Positions 10,069 to 18,843 of a stretch of DNA of 56,967 nucleotides are shown here, one piece after another. The notes beneath the pieces are model-generated. The model was not told the DNA's origin. It saw nothing but the letters and a program-made list of their open reading frames with translations, and made no database searches. The first letter of the stretch is position 1. Each line of letters opens with the position of its first letter. The position numbers were made by a program, and so were the translations under genes. Origin of the DNA: an uncultured Gemmatimonadota bacterium (GTDB lineage Bacteria; Blakebacterota; Blakebacteria; Blakebacterales; Blakebacteraceae); NCBI GenBank assembly GCA_964576115.1, contig CAZNUA010000004.1, positions 1 to 56,967 of the forward strand. Direction: 5' to 3'.

Positions 10069-10270
10069 CAGGCGCTCTCCGGAAGGGCCGGTCGGCCCTG
10101 CAATGTGTCCCATATGGTACAATGTGTAACTTTTTATTCAGCAACAGGATAAGATATGTGTTTTCATGTTATACATAATATGCCTCCGATGATTTCTTGG
10201 AAGATGTCGGAGGGTGCATTATATATGTACGTTTGCTATCACACGTCGAACCGTTCGGCAGGAGGTTCGC

Positions 10271-11098
10271 ATGACCTTCACCCGTTATATCGGGGTCGAT
10301 TACAGCAGCCAGGACCGCAAGCAGAAGACCTGGGTGGCGGTGGGCACCCGGACCTTCATGGGCTTCAAGGTGGAGCGGCTGGAATCGATCGGGCGGGACG
10401 GCCTGCCCGATCTGCTGCGCGAGTACGCCGCCCAGCGGGTGCTGGTGACACTCGATTTCCCCTTCTCCTGGCCGGTGGGCTTCATCGTTCACCTGCTGGG
10501 GGCCGCGCCCCGGTCGTGGATGTCCCTGGCCGAGGAGATCGAAGAGAACTGGGCCCCCTACAAGATCAAGCGCAAGCGCCAGGCCTTCGTGAACAAAAAC
10601 GGCATCGTGCCCCGGCTCACCGACTCCTATCTCGATACCACCAGTCCCCTGCAGGACACCTATCCCGACCTCATGACCATGGTCCTGCTCGGCATGAAGG
10701 TCCTGGCCAAACGGCCGCCCACCTACCGGATCATGCCCTTCGAGCGCCTCGAGCCGAGCCACTCGACGATCCTCGAGGTGGCTCCCGAGGTCACCCTGCA
10801 GAAGCTGGGTATTCCCCACACCCAGTACCACGGCGAGACCGACGCGCCCATCGAACGGCGCATGGAGATCCTGCGCCAGCTGCGTCTGAGCAACCTGGTG
10901 CCGCTCGATCCCGCCGGCCCGTTCTATCAGGACGCCATCACCAACGACGACGCTCTCGACGCCATCCTCTGCGGGCTGACCGGGACCTTTTTCAGCGCCG
11001 ATGCCAGCACCCTCGGCGTCACCCTGGCGGTTCCCGGCCCGAACGAGATGCGGCGGGTGGCGCTCGAAGGGTGGATCTATTACCCCACCCTGGCCTGA
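10271..11098 (+). CDS. DUF429 family protein (predicted RNase H-like nuclease)
   Basis: YIGVDYS, TLDFPFSWP, ILEVAPE, DDALDAILC and EGWIYYP motifs; GGAGG RBS. Confidence 0.8.
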   Translation: MTFTRYIGVDYSSQDRKQKTWVAVGTRTFMGFKVERLESIGRDGLPDLLREYAAQRVLVTLDFPFSWPVGFIVHLLGAAPRSWMSLAEEIEENWAPYKIKRKRQAFVNKNGIVPRLTDSYLDTTSPLQDTYPDLMTMVLLGMKVLAKRPPTYRIMPFERLEPSHSTILEVAPEVTLQKLGIPHTQYHGETDAPIERRMEILRQLRLSNLVPLDPAGPFYQDAITNDDALDAILCGLTGTFFSADASTLGVTLAVPGPNEMRRVALEGWIYYPTLA

Positions 11099-11122
11099 CC
11101 CGGGAACGGTCCTTTCCGGCAA

Positions 11123-11176
11123 TATCTTCGTTCCACATCCTCGCGACTTGTGCGGCGTACGGTCAGTACGTCTCCG
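11123..11176 (+). repeat. Dispersed copy of the palindromic repeat at 36885-37125 (core CGTAC-N5-GTACG), directly upstream of dinB
   Basis: tcctcgcgacttgtgcggcgtacggtcagtacgtctccg here versus tcctcgcgtgcttgtgcagcgtacagacagtacgcctccg at 36901. Confidence 0.75.
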
Positions 11177-11185
11177 GGATGAACC

Positions 11186-12427
11186 ATGTCTGAACGGGCG
11201 ATCGTGCACGTGGACATGGACGCTTTCTTCGTGGCGGTGGAGCAGGTGGCCGATCCCGTGCTGCGCGGCCGGCCGGTCATCGTGGCCTTCGGCGGCCACT
11301 ATGCGCCCCGTACGGCGGTTGCCTCCTGTTCCTATGAGGCACGGGAGGCGGGAGTGGAATCGGGGCTGCCCCTGCGTCGGGCTCTCAAGCTCTGTCCCGA
11401 AGCGGTCGTCCTGCCCGGCAATCACGATCTCTATCGGCGGGCCTCCCGGGCGCTGTTCCGGGTCCTGCGCGAGTACAGTCCCCTGGTCGAGCCGGCCAGC
11501 CAGGATGAGGCCTATCTCGATCTGACCGGCACGAGCCGTCTCTTCGGTCTGCCCGCCGATGTGGGCAGCCGCCTGCAGCGCGAGGTGCGCGACCGCCTGC
11601 GTCTGAGTGCCTCGGTCGGTCTGGGGAGCAACAAGCTGCTGAGCAAGGTGGCGGCCGGGTGCGTGAAACCGGCCGGATTCTGCGACGTCAGCCCCGGCTG
11701 GGAAGGGGCCTTCCTGCGTTCCCTGCGGGCCCGGCGTCTGCCCGGAGTGGGGGAGGCGACCGAGCGGCGCCTGTTCGATTTCAACCTGCGCTGCTGCGGC
11801 GAGGTGGCGGCGGTGCCGACCCGTTACCTCGAGCTGGCCTTCGGGGTGCCGGGGCGGCTGTTGAGCGAGCGTTCCCGCGGCGAGGACCGCTCGCCGGTGC
11901 AGTCGCGGGGGCCGGCCCGTTCGACCGGGGCCGAGCTGACGTTCGATACCGACACCAACGACCGGGGGGCGATCGAAGCCGCCCTGCGCTCCCTGGTCGA
12001 ACGGGCCACCGCCCGCCTGCGCCGCACCGGACTGCTGGCCTGCACGGTGGCGGTGCGGATGCGTTTTGCCGACGGGGCCGACCGGGTGCGCCAGGCGACC
12101 CTGCCGCGCCCGACCGACCTGGACCGCGACGCCGGCCCCGTGGCCCGTCGGCTCATGGAGGGGCTGTGGGCCAAGCGGACCCGGGTGCGCCGGATCGGGG
12201 TGCGGCTGAGCGGGCTGGTGGGCGGTCTCGAGCAGGGCGATCTCTTCGACGATACCCGGGGAGCGGTGGCCTGGATCCCCACCCGGGCCCAGCGGGGCCG
12301 GGCTCTGGCCGGAGCGGTCGACCGGGTGCGGGAGCGCTACGGTTTCGGGATCATCGGCTCGGCCCGGGCCGCGATCGCCCCCCGCGGCCATATGGACCCG
12401 GCTGTGCGCTCGTGTTCTGAGACATGA
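11186..12427 (+). CDS. dinB: DNA polymerase IV (Y-family)
   Basis: HVDMDAFFVAVE, SCSYEAR, SQDEAYLDL (catalytic carboxylates intact), NKLLSKVA, LPGVG HhH, little-finger domain, clamp-like motif QGDLF. Confidence 0.93.
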   Translation: MSERAIVHVDMDAFFVAVEQVADPVLRGRPVIVAFGGHYAPRTAVASCSYEAREAGVESGLPLRRALKLCPEAVVLPGNHDLYRRASRALFRVLREYSPLVEPASQDEAYLDLTGTSRLFGLPADVGSRLQREVRDRLRLSASVGLGSNKLLSKVAAGCVKPAGFCDVSPGWEGAFLRSLRARRLPGVGEATERRLFDFNLRCCGEVAAVPTRYLELAFGVPGRLLSERSRGEDRSPVQSRGPARSTGAELTFDTDTNDRGAIEAALRSLVERATARLRRTGLLACTVAVRMRFADGADRVRQATLPRPTDLDRDAGPVARRLMEGLWAKRTRVRRIGVRLSGLVGGLEQGDLFDDTRGAVAWIPTRAQRGRALAGAVDRVRERYGFGIIGSARAAIAPRGHMDPAVRSCSET

Positions 12428-12491
12428 ATTCGCTGAATAACAACCACCATTTGATTCAGGGTACTACCATGTGTCGTTGGCAGAGGGTAAG

Positions 12492-13448
12492 ATGAGCACA
12501 TTGAATCGGGGAGAGTGGGCTATGGGGCGAAAAGTGGGCGGAACAGGTACCGAGATTCCCGTGCGCGAGAAGCTTGAGGCGAAGCAGAAAGCGTGGGCTC
12601 GGAATCCGCAGATACTCCAGACAAAACACCGGGTATTCCTTGGCGATGCCCGGGATATGCAGGCCCTTGGTGCTGAACCCTGCGTACATCTTGTCGTAAC
12701 CTCCCCTCCCTACTGGACTCTCAAGGAGTACAACGGCGGTAGCCATCCTGATCAGCTGGGCAGCATAGATGATTATGAGCACTTTTTGGACGAACTCGAT
12801 GCTGTCTGGCAGCGTTGTTTCGATCTGCTGGTGCCGGGTGGAAGGATTTGCATAGTCGTGGGTGATGTCTGTATGTCCCGCAAGAAGGCGGGTCGCCATC
12901 ACGTCGTACCCCTTCATGCGGATATTTCAACCCGCATGCGTCGGCGGGGATTCGATTATCTTTCCCCCATTTACTGGTACAAAATCGCCAATGCGGCGAC
13001 CGAGGTGGAGGGAAACGGGGCGCCGTTTCTCGGCAAACCATATGAGCCGAACGCAATCATCAAGAACGATGTGGAGTACATCCTGATTCTTCGCAAACCC
13101 GGAGGGTACAGGCATCCGACTGGTGAGCAGCGCGTTCTGAGCGTTATCGACAAAGAAGATCACGAGAAGTGGTTCCGTCAGGTGTGGGTGGATGTCCCGG
13201 GAGAATTTCGACGGGATCATCCTGCACCTTTTCCGAGAGAAATCGCTTTCCGGTTGATTTCGATGTTTTCTTTCGTCGGTGATACCGTGCTGGATCCATT
13301 CTCCGGGACAGGTTCAACAACGGCCGCTGCCATCGATGCCCACCGGTCAAGTATCGGGTTTGATGTAGAAGAAGAATATATCGAAAGTCAGAAGAAAAGA
13401 TTCGAACAGACTCGCCTTGGGGCCGAAGTGGAGTTTATCCTGACGTGA
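12492..13448 (+). CDS. Site-specific DNA amino-methyltransferase, beta class (SPPY; N4-C or N6-A)
   Basis: VTSPPYW precedes HPAPFP and VLDPFSGTGST. GC is lower than in the flanks. Start could be 12492 or 12522. Confidence 0.92.
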   Translation: MSTLNRGEWAMGRKVGGTGTEIPVREKLEAKQKAWARNPQILQTKHRVFLGDARDMQALGAEPCVHLVVTSPPYWTLKEYNGGSHPDQLGSIDDYEHFLDELDAVWQRCFDLLVPGGRICIVVGDVCMSRKKAGRHHVVPLHADISTRMRRRGFDYLSPIYWYKIANAATEVEGNGAPFLGKPYEPNAIIKNDVEYILILRKPGGYRHPTGEQRVLSVIDKEDHEKWFRQVWVDVPGEFRRDHPAPFPREIAFRLISMFSFVGDTVLDPFSGTGSTTAAAIDAHRSSIGFDVEEEYIESQKKRFEQTRLGAEVEFILT

Positions 13449-14164
13449 ATAGTGCACCTGAGAGGCTTATCGAACACTTCCAGGCCGAAGGGTATCATCC
13501 CCGTTCGGACAAGCACTCAAACGCTCTTTGCAGGTTTGTGCTGGCTGACATGCTTGATCGTTGCCCTCCGCTGAGGGCGCACGCCGCCAGGCGGGAAGTG
13601 GTGTGTAGTCTCAACCACACGATCCATGCTGGTCCGATACAATGGAATGTCGACATGGTGATCGGACCTCCGGGAGTGTCGGCACTGGTTGAAGATTTGA
13701 ACGATGGGATTGCTGTCGAGGCTCCGGCGACCGTCAGGATTGCTTTGGAAGTCAAGAGTATCATGACCGAGCACGGCAAAGCTCGAAAGAACCGGCTCAG
13801 GGACTTCGATTCACTACATACCTATGTGCACCGTGCGGAGACGGCGGCTGTTGCTGCCTCTCTTCTGGTAATTAACATTTCTGACAGATTCAAGTCACCT
13901 CTTAGGCAAGGTACTCTTGGACATCACAATATCAGTTCGATCGTGAAAGAAACGGTCAGCATGTTCAAGTCGTTGCCCATGAGATCGAAGACCGAGGGTG
14001 AGGGGCTTGAGGCTCTGGGTATCATCATTGTCGATTTTGACAACATTGATTTTCAATCGGGGAAACTGTTTTCTCGATCACCTGCTCCCCAGGTCGGAGA
14101 TCCAACACACTATGACGGTTTCATTCGGCAGATCTGCAACCGCTACTGTGAAAGGTGGGAGTAG
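13445..14164 (+). CDS. Putative type II restriction endonuclease (PD-(D/E)XK-like)
   Basis: Overlaps the MTase stop (GTGA). Carries VDMVIG...ALEVKS, a D...ExK pattern, and has low GC. The nuclease role is inferred from context. Confidence 0.6.
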   Translation: MNSAPERLIEHFQAEGYHPRSDKHSNALCRFVLADMLDRCPPLRAHAARREVVCSLNHTIHAGPIQWNVDMVIGPPGVSALVEDLNDGIAVEAPATVRIALEVKSIMTEHGKARKNRLRDFDSLHTYVHRAETAAVAASLLVINISDRFKSPLRQGTLGHHNISSIVKETVSMFKSLPMRSKTEGEGLEALGIIIVDFDNIDFQSGKLFSRSPAPQVGDPTHYDGFIRQICNRYCERWE

Positions 14165-14236
14165 GGTGGGTTTTTTTATGGAATATTTTCGCCTTTTATT
14201 CGCCGCTGTCGGTGCGCTGAACCAGGAAAGCGCCTG

Positions 14237-17200
14237 ATGACCTTCGCCCACCTCTGTACCCACTCCGGCTACTCCTTCCTGCGCGGCGGGAGTATGCCCG
14301 AAGATCTCTGCCGTGAGGCCGCCCGGGCGGGGCAGGGGGCCCTGGCCCTGACCGATGTGAACGGTCTCTACGGGCTGGTGCCCTTCATCCGGGCGGCCCG
14401 CGCCGAGGGTCTGAAACCGATCGTGGGGGTGGACCTGCGCGAACCGTTCGGCGACCGGGGCAGGGGGAGGGCAAAGATCGGAGCGGGCGGCGGGCTCGAC
14501 GGGCCTGGAGAACCAGGGGACCGCGGGGACACCCGGGAGCAGGGGAGCGAGGAGGCCGAGGCCTCGCTCTCGAAACGGGGCTTCACCGAACTGACGGGGG
14601 GGCGGGAACGGCCGGCCCGCGGGACGGCCGGCGGAGTGGCCGGTGGAGTGGAGCGGGGACGGAGCGGGAATCCGGCCGGGGGCGCTGTGCGGCCCCGGCG
14701 GGCGGTTCTTCTGGTTCAGTCACAGAAGGGCTATCGAGTTGTCAATCAAGTCGTTAGCAGCCGTCATCTCATGTATGACTTTAATTTGGCCGCGGCCCTG
14801 TGCGAGCGCGACCCCGGGGTGGCGGTCCTGACCGGTGATCTGGACCTGCTCGAGACTCTGGCCCGGGAGCGGGGGGGGAGCGATCACTATCTGGCGCTCA
14901 CGGCCTGGCGGGGATGGCGGCGGACCCTGCGCGAGGCCCGCCGGCGGGGTCTGCTCGCGGCCGGGGTGCGGCCGGTGGCGGCCAACGATGTCTGGTTCGC
15001 CCGTCCCTGGGATCGCTGGCGACATCACCTGCTGACCGCCATCGGCCTGAACCGGGCCCTCTCGGCCGTGCCGGCAGGTGCGGTGGCGCCCCCCGAGGCC
15101 TGGCTGTGCGATGAAGCGGCGATGCGGGCGGCTTTCCGGGAGTTTCCCGAAGCGGTCCGCACCGCGGCCGAACTGGCCGCGGCCTGTGAGGGGGGGCCGG
15201 AACTCGGTGGTCTGCTCCTGCCCCGGTTCATGACAACCCGGGCTGATGAGGGTGGTGACAGTCTGCAGGCGGGCAGCAGAAGGGATGGGGGGTCCGACGG
15301 TGATTCCCTGGCGCACCTGCGCGAGCAGTGCCTGCGGGGGATCGTCTGGCGCTACGGCACCCGCTCGCAACCCCGCCATACGGCGGGGCAGATCTACCCC
15401 GCCGACGATCCCTGGTGCCCGGCCCCGGGGCGGCCCGCAGCCGGCCGGGTGCCCGATCCGGCCGCCCTGCGCGACGACGTGGTGCGCCAGCTCGAGCACG
15501 AACTCGGCATCATCGCAGAGATGGGGTATGCCGATTACTTCCTGGTGGTGGCCGATATCGCCCGGTTCGCCCGCCAGGAGAGCATTCCCACCTGCGGGCG
15601 CGGCTCGGCCGCCAACAGCGTGGTGGCCTATACTCTGGGGTTGACCCATGTCGACCCCCTGGCCCACGACCTTTACTTCGAGCGTTTTCTGAACCAGGGC
15701 CGGACCGACGCCCCCGACGTGGATCTCGATTTCTCGTGGCGCGACCGCGACCGGGTGCTCGATTACGTCTACCGCACCTACGGCGAGCAGCGGGTGGCCA
15801 TGATCGCCACCCAGGTGACCTTCCAGGGCCGGGCGGCGGTGCGCGAGGTGGCCAAGGTACACGGCCTGCCCGAGGGGGAGATCGGGATCGTCACCAAACG
15901 TCTGGGCTACTTCGCGCGGGCTGAGGATCTGCGCGAGAAAATCGCCTCCAACCCCCGTTTTCGGGGGATCGACCTGCGTGAAGATCCCTGGCGGTCGGTT
16001 CTGGAAGCGGCCGAACAGCTCGACGGCTTTCCCCGCCACCTCGGGGTGCACCCGGGGGGAATCGTGATCGCTCCCGAACGTATGACCGACCACGTGGCGG
16101 TCGAGCGGGCCGCCAAGGGGCTGATCATCACCCAGTGGGACATGTACCCGGTCGAGGATGCCGGACTGGTCAAGATCGACCTGCTCGGCAACCGCTCCCT
16201 GGCCGTGATCGACGATGCCTGTGCGGCCGTCCAGCGCGGCCACGGCCGGCGCATCTCCTATGTGCACTTCGATCCCACCGACGACGAGGCCACCCGTGCC
16301 CTGGTGGCCCGCGGCGACACCGTCGGCTGCTTCTACGTCGAGAGCCCCGCCACCCGGGGGCTGCTCAGGAAACTGCGCTGCGACTGCTTCGACACCCTGG
16401 TGGCGGCCTCGAGCATCATCCGTCCCGGGGTCTCCTCGAGCGGCATGATGCACGCCTACATCGAGCGCCACAACGGGGTGCCCTTCAGCTACCTGCATCC
16501 GAAGATGGAGGAGGTGCTGGCCGACACCTACGGGGTGATGTGCTATCAGGAAGACGTCATCAAAGTGGCCCATCACGTGGCGGGGATGTCGCTGGCCGAC
16601 GCCGACGGCCTGCGCAAGAGCATGAGCAAGAAGCGCGATTTCGAATCGATCGACCGCTACCGCCGCGAGTTTCTCGACGGAGCCACGGCCCGGGGGGTCG
16701 AACCCGGGATCGCCGCCGAACTCTGGCGCCAGATCGAGTCCTTCGGCGGCTACTCCTTCTGCAAGGCCCACTCGGCCTCCTACGCCCTGGTTTCCTTCCA
16801 GGCGGTCTGGCTCCGGGCCCACTACCCGGCCGAGTTCATGGCCGCCGTGCTCTCCAACTACGGCGGCTTCTACGCTACCATCGCCTATGTCTCCGAAGCC
16901 GCCCGGATGGGCCTGGAAATCCGTGGCCCCGATGTGAATCAGAGCTCGGTGGCCTATACCGGCGTCACGTACCCTGAGGCGGCCGCTGCGGCTGCCGACA
17001 TGGCCCTGGGGCGGGTCGAACCCGCCGATCTCGGCCTGCCGGGAGGCAACCGCGGCTGGCTGCAGGTGGGGCTCTGCCAGGTTCGGGGGGTTTCAGAGGA
17101 GGAACGGCAAGCCCTGGTCGCCGAGCGGGAACGGGGCGGTCCCTTCCGCGGCTTCGAGGATTTCACCGCCCGGGTCGTGCTCTCTCCGACCGCGCTCGAG

Positions 17201-17902
17201 GCCCTGATCCGGTGCGGGGCGTTCGATTCCCTGGACGAGGGAACCCGCCCCGAGCTGATGTGGCGGGCCCTGCTGTGGGCGAAGAGGGAACAGGGGAGAG
17301 GCGGAAGGGGAGGTGGCAAGGGAGGAGGAAAGGGAAGCGGAAAGGGCGGCGGCAGAGGGAAAGGAGGAGAAAGCGGCGGGGCGAACCTGACCCTGCCGCT
17401 CGATCTGCCGGTCGCCGCGCCGCCGCCGGCCGCACCCGACTACGATGAGCGCACCGTGCTCGCCTTCGAGGCCGCCGCCCTCGACTTTCTGGTCGGTGCC
17501 CACCCGCTCGACCTCTACCGCGAGCGGATCGACGCGGCCGCCGCCGGCCCGGGACCGCCCCTGATCGAGGCCCGGGAGCTGGAGGCGTATGTGGGCCAGA
17601 TGGTGCGGCTGACCGGCTGGCGGGTGACCGCCAAGCCGATCCGCACCGTCCGCAACGAAACCATGGAGTTCATCAGCTACGAGGACACCACCGCGCTGTA
17701 CGAAGTGACTGTCTTTCCTCGCGAATACCGCCGCTACGCCCCCCAGCTGATGACCCGCGGTCCTTTCATCCTCACCGGCCTGGTCGAGGAGGAATGGGGC
17801 GCGGTCACGGTGACCCTCAAACGGCTCGAATCCCTCGGCCGGGGGGAATTACCTCGACCGGCTGAAACCCTCTCCGGGCCGCAACCGGCCGCAGCGGGGT
17901 GA
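14237..17902 (+). CDS. dnaE2: DNA polymerase III alpha-like error-prone polymerase (DnaE2-type)
   Basis: PHP domain (HLCTHSGYSFL, ALTDVNGLYG), GRGSAANS, PDVDLDF, KIDLLG, YSFCKAHSASY and a C-terminal OB fold with no tau-binding domain; located next to dinB. Confidence 0.88.
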   Translation: MTFAHLCTHSGYSFLRGGSMPEDLCREAARAGQGALALTDVNGLYGLVPFIRAARAEGLKPIVGVDLREPFGDRGRGRAKIGAGGGLDGPGEPGDRGDTREQGSEEAEASLSKRGFTELTGGRERPARGTAGGVAGGVERGRSGNPAGGAVRPRRAVLLVQSQKGYRVVNQVVSSRHLMYDFNLAAALCERDPGVAVLTGDLDLLETLARERGGSDHYLALTAWRGWRRTLREARRRGLLAAGVRPVAANDVWFARPWDRWRHHLLTAIGLNRALSAVPAGAVAPPEAWLCDEAAMRAAFREFPEAVRTAAELAAACEGGPELGGLLLPRFMTTRADEGGDSLQAGSRRDGGSDGDSLAHLREQCLRGIVWRYGTRSQPRHTAGQIYPADDPWCPAPGRPAAGRVPDPAALRDDVVRQLEHELGIIAEMGYADYFLVVADIARFARQESIPTCGRGSAANSVVAYTLGLTHVDPLAHDLYFERFLNQGRTDAPDVDLDFSWRDRDRVLDYVYRTYGEQRVAMIATQVTFQGRAAVREVAKVHGLPEGEIGIVTKRLGYFARAEDLREKIASNPRFRGIDLREDPWRSVLEAAEQLDGFPRHLGVHPGGIVIAPERMTDHVAVERAAKGLIITQWDMYPVEDAGLVKIDLLGNRSLAVIDDACAAVQRGHGRRISYVHFDPTDDEATRALVARGDTVGCFYVESPATRGLLRKLRCDCFDTLVAASSIIRPGVSSSGMMHAYIERHNGVPFSYLHPKMEEVLADTYGVMCYQEDVIKVAHHVAGMSLADADGLRKSMSKKRDFESIDRYRREFLDGATARGVEPGIAAELWRQIESFGGYSFCKAHSASYALVSFQAVWLRAHYPAEFMAAVLSNYGGFYATIAYVSEAARMGLEIRGPDVNQSSVAYTGVTYPEAAAAAADMALGRVEPADLGLPGGNRGWLQVGLCQVRGVSEEERQALVAERERGGPFRGFEDFTARVVLSPTALEALIRCGAFDSLDEGTRPELMWRALLWAKREQGRGGRGGGKGGGKGSGKGGGRGKGGESGGANLTLPLDLPVAAPPPAAPDYDERTVLAFEAAALDFLVGAHPLDLYRERIDAAAAGPGPPLIEARELEAYVGQMVRLTGWRVTAKPIRTVRNETMEFISYEDTTALYEVTVFPREYRRYAPQLMTRGPFILTGLVEEEWGAVTVTLKRLESLGRGELPRPAETLSGPQPAAAG

Positions 17903-17911
17903 AACCGGCTG

Positions 17912-18802
17912 TCAGGTCCCGGGGCCTGATGCGTCGGGGGTATTTGCAATCGACAGCTCGGCGAGGCGTGGATAGGTGTCCAGAAGGGCGGGGGGCACGC
18001 CGGGCACGCTGCCGGTGAGCAGGGCCGCCAGTTCCAGGGCGTTGGCGGTGGCCTGCCCGCGATAGTGGTTGTTGAAGATGATGAAGATCCGGCTCAGGCT
18101 GCCGGCCAGGGCCCGGATCGCATCGGCCCACGGCTCCAGTTCCCCGGTATCGTAAAGGTAGTCGTAACGCTCCGCCACGCCGGCGTCTTCGCGGAACCAG
18201 TTATCCCGGTTCTGCCCGTGCAGGCGGAAGTAGGCGATATCGGTCGTGGCTTCTCCGGTGGCCTCTAGCCCCGCCCCGATGACCGGTTGATCGATATTGC
18301 AGAAGGCGACCTGTTGGGAACGCAGCCAGTCGAAGACATCGGGGCTGTTCCAGGATTCGTGACGCACTTCCAGGGCCAGCGGCAGGTCCTCGAAAGTCGC
18401 GAAGAGATCGCGCAGATAACGGGCGTTGGAACGGGTGCCGTGAAAGGAGAAGGGAAACTGACAGAGTACGGCGCCGAGCCGGCCCGCCTCCAGCAGGGGA
18501 GCGATCCCGGCCCGGAAATCCGCCGCCGCGGCCGGGTCGAGGGGGCCCCGCTCGTGGGTGAAAGCACGGTGGAGCTTCAGCGTGAAGAGGAAACGGGGAT
18601 TGTCCGCCACCCGGGTCAGCCACGACTCTGTCATCCGGGCCGAGGGCGGACGATAGAAGGTGCTGTTGACCTCGATCGTGTCGAAGAAGTCCTTCAGGTA
18701 GGCAAGGCCGTCGAATTTCGAGGCCGCCTCGGGTGGATACACCGACCCCTTCCAGTCGTCATACGACCAACCCGCCGGTCCGATGTAGAGGTCGGCTGCC
18801 AT
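17912..18802 (-). CDS. DUF72 (YecE-like) domain protein
   Basis: IGPAGWSYDDWKG.VYP, TIEVNSTFYRPP, LCQFPFSF, LEVRH.SW, YFRLHG, RYDYLY and FNNHY motifs. Confidence 0.92.
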   Translation of the reverse strand: MAADLYIGPAGWSYDDWKGSVYPPEAASKFDGLAYLKDFFDTIEVNSTFYRPPSARMTESWLTRVADNPRFLFTLKLHRAFTHERGPLDPAAAADFRAGIAPLLEAGRLGAVLCQFPFSFHGTRSNARYLRDLFATFEDLPLALEVRHESWNSPDVFDWLRSQQVAFCNIDQPVIGAGLEATGEATTDIAYFRLHGQNRDNWFREDAGVAERYDYLYDTGELEPWADAIRALAGSLSRIFIIFNNHYRGQATANALELAALLTGSVPGVPPALLDTYPRLAELSIANTPDASGPGT

Positions 18803-18805
18803 GAC

Positions 18806-18834
18806 TTGACGCCTGTGAGAGGCTCCCCTAACGT
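18806..18834 (+). promoter_or_regulatory. Possible sigma70 promoter TTGACG-N17-TAACGT for slt
   Basis: Located in the 41-bp divergent gap between DUF72 and slt. Confidence 0.35.
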
Positions 18835-18843
18835 ACACTGCTC

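Noticed and set aside
10247-10270. GAAC/GTTC motifs before DUF429 as a known SOS box
   Set aside because: The spacings are GAAC-N1-GTTC and GTTC-N8-GTTC, matching neither GAAC-N4-GTTC nor GTTC-N7-GTTC.
10169-12391. 740-aa minus-strand ORF, and similar long antisense ORFs at 14720-16822, 27550-29646, 30160-33189 and 41659-44901
   Set aside because: They lie antisense to well-supported genes, carry no motifs, and are expected from high-GC codon bias.
11186-12427. Calling the Y-family gene imuB
   Set aside because: The catalytic motifs DMDAFF and SQDE are intact, so it is DinB-like.
12428-14236. Defined mobile element (IS or integrative element) around the MTase pair
   Set aside because: No transposase or integrase, terminal inverted repeats or convincing target duplication; only composition supports foreign origin.
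14450-14695. Intein in dnaE2
   Set aside because: The insert is short and low-complexity, with no N-terminal Cys/Ser block or His-Asn terminus.
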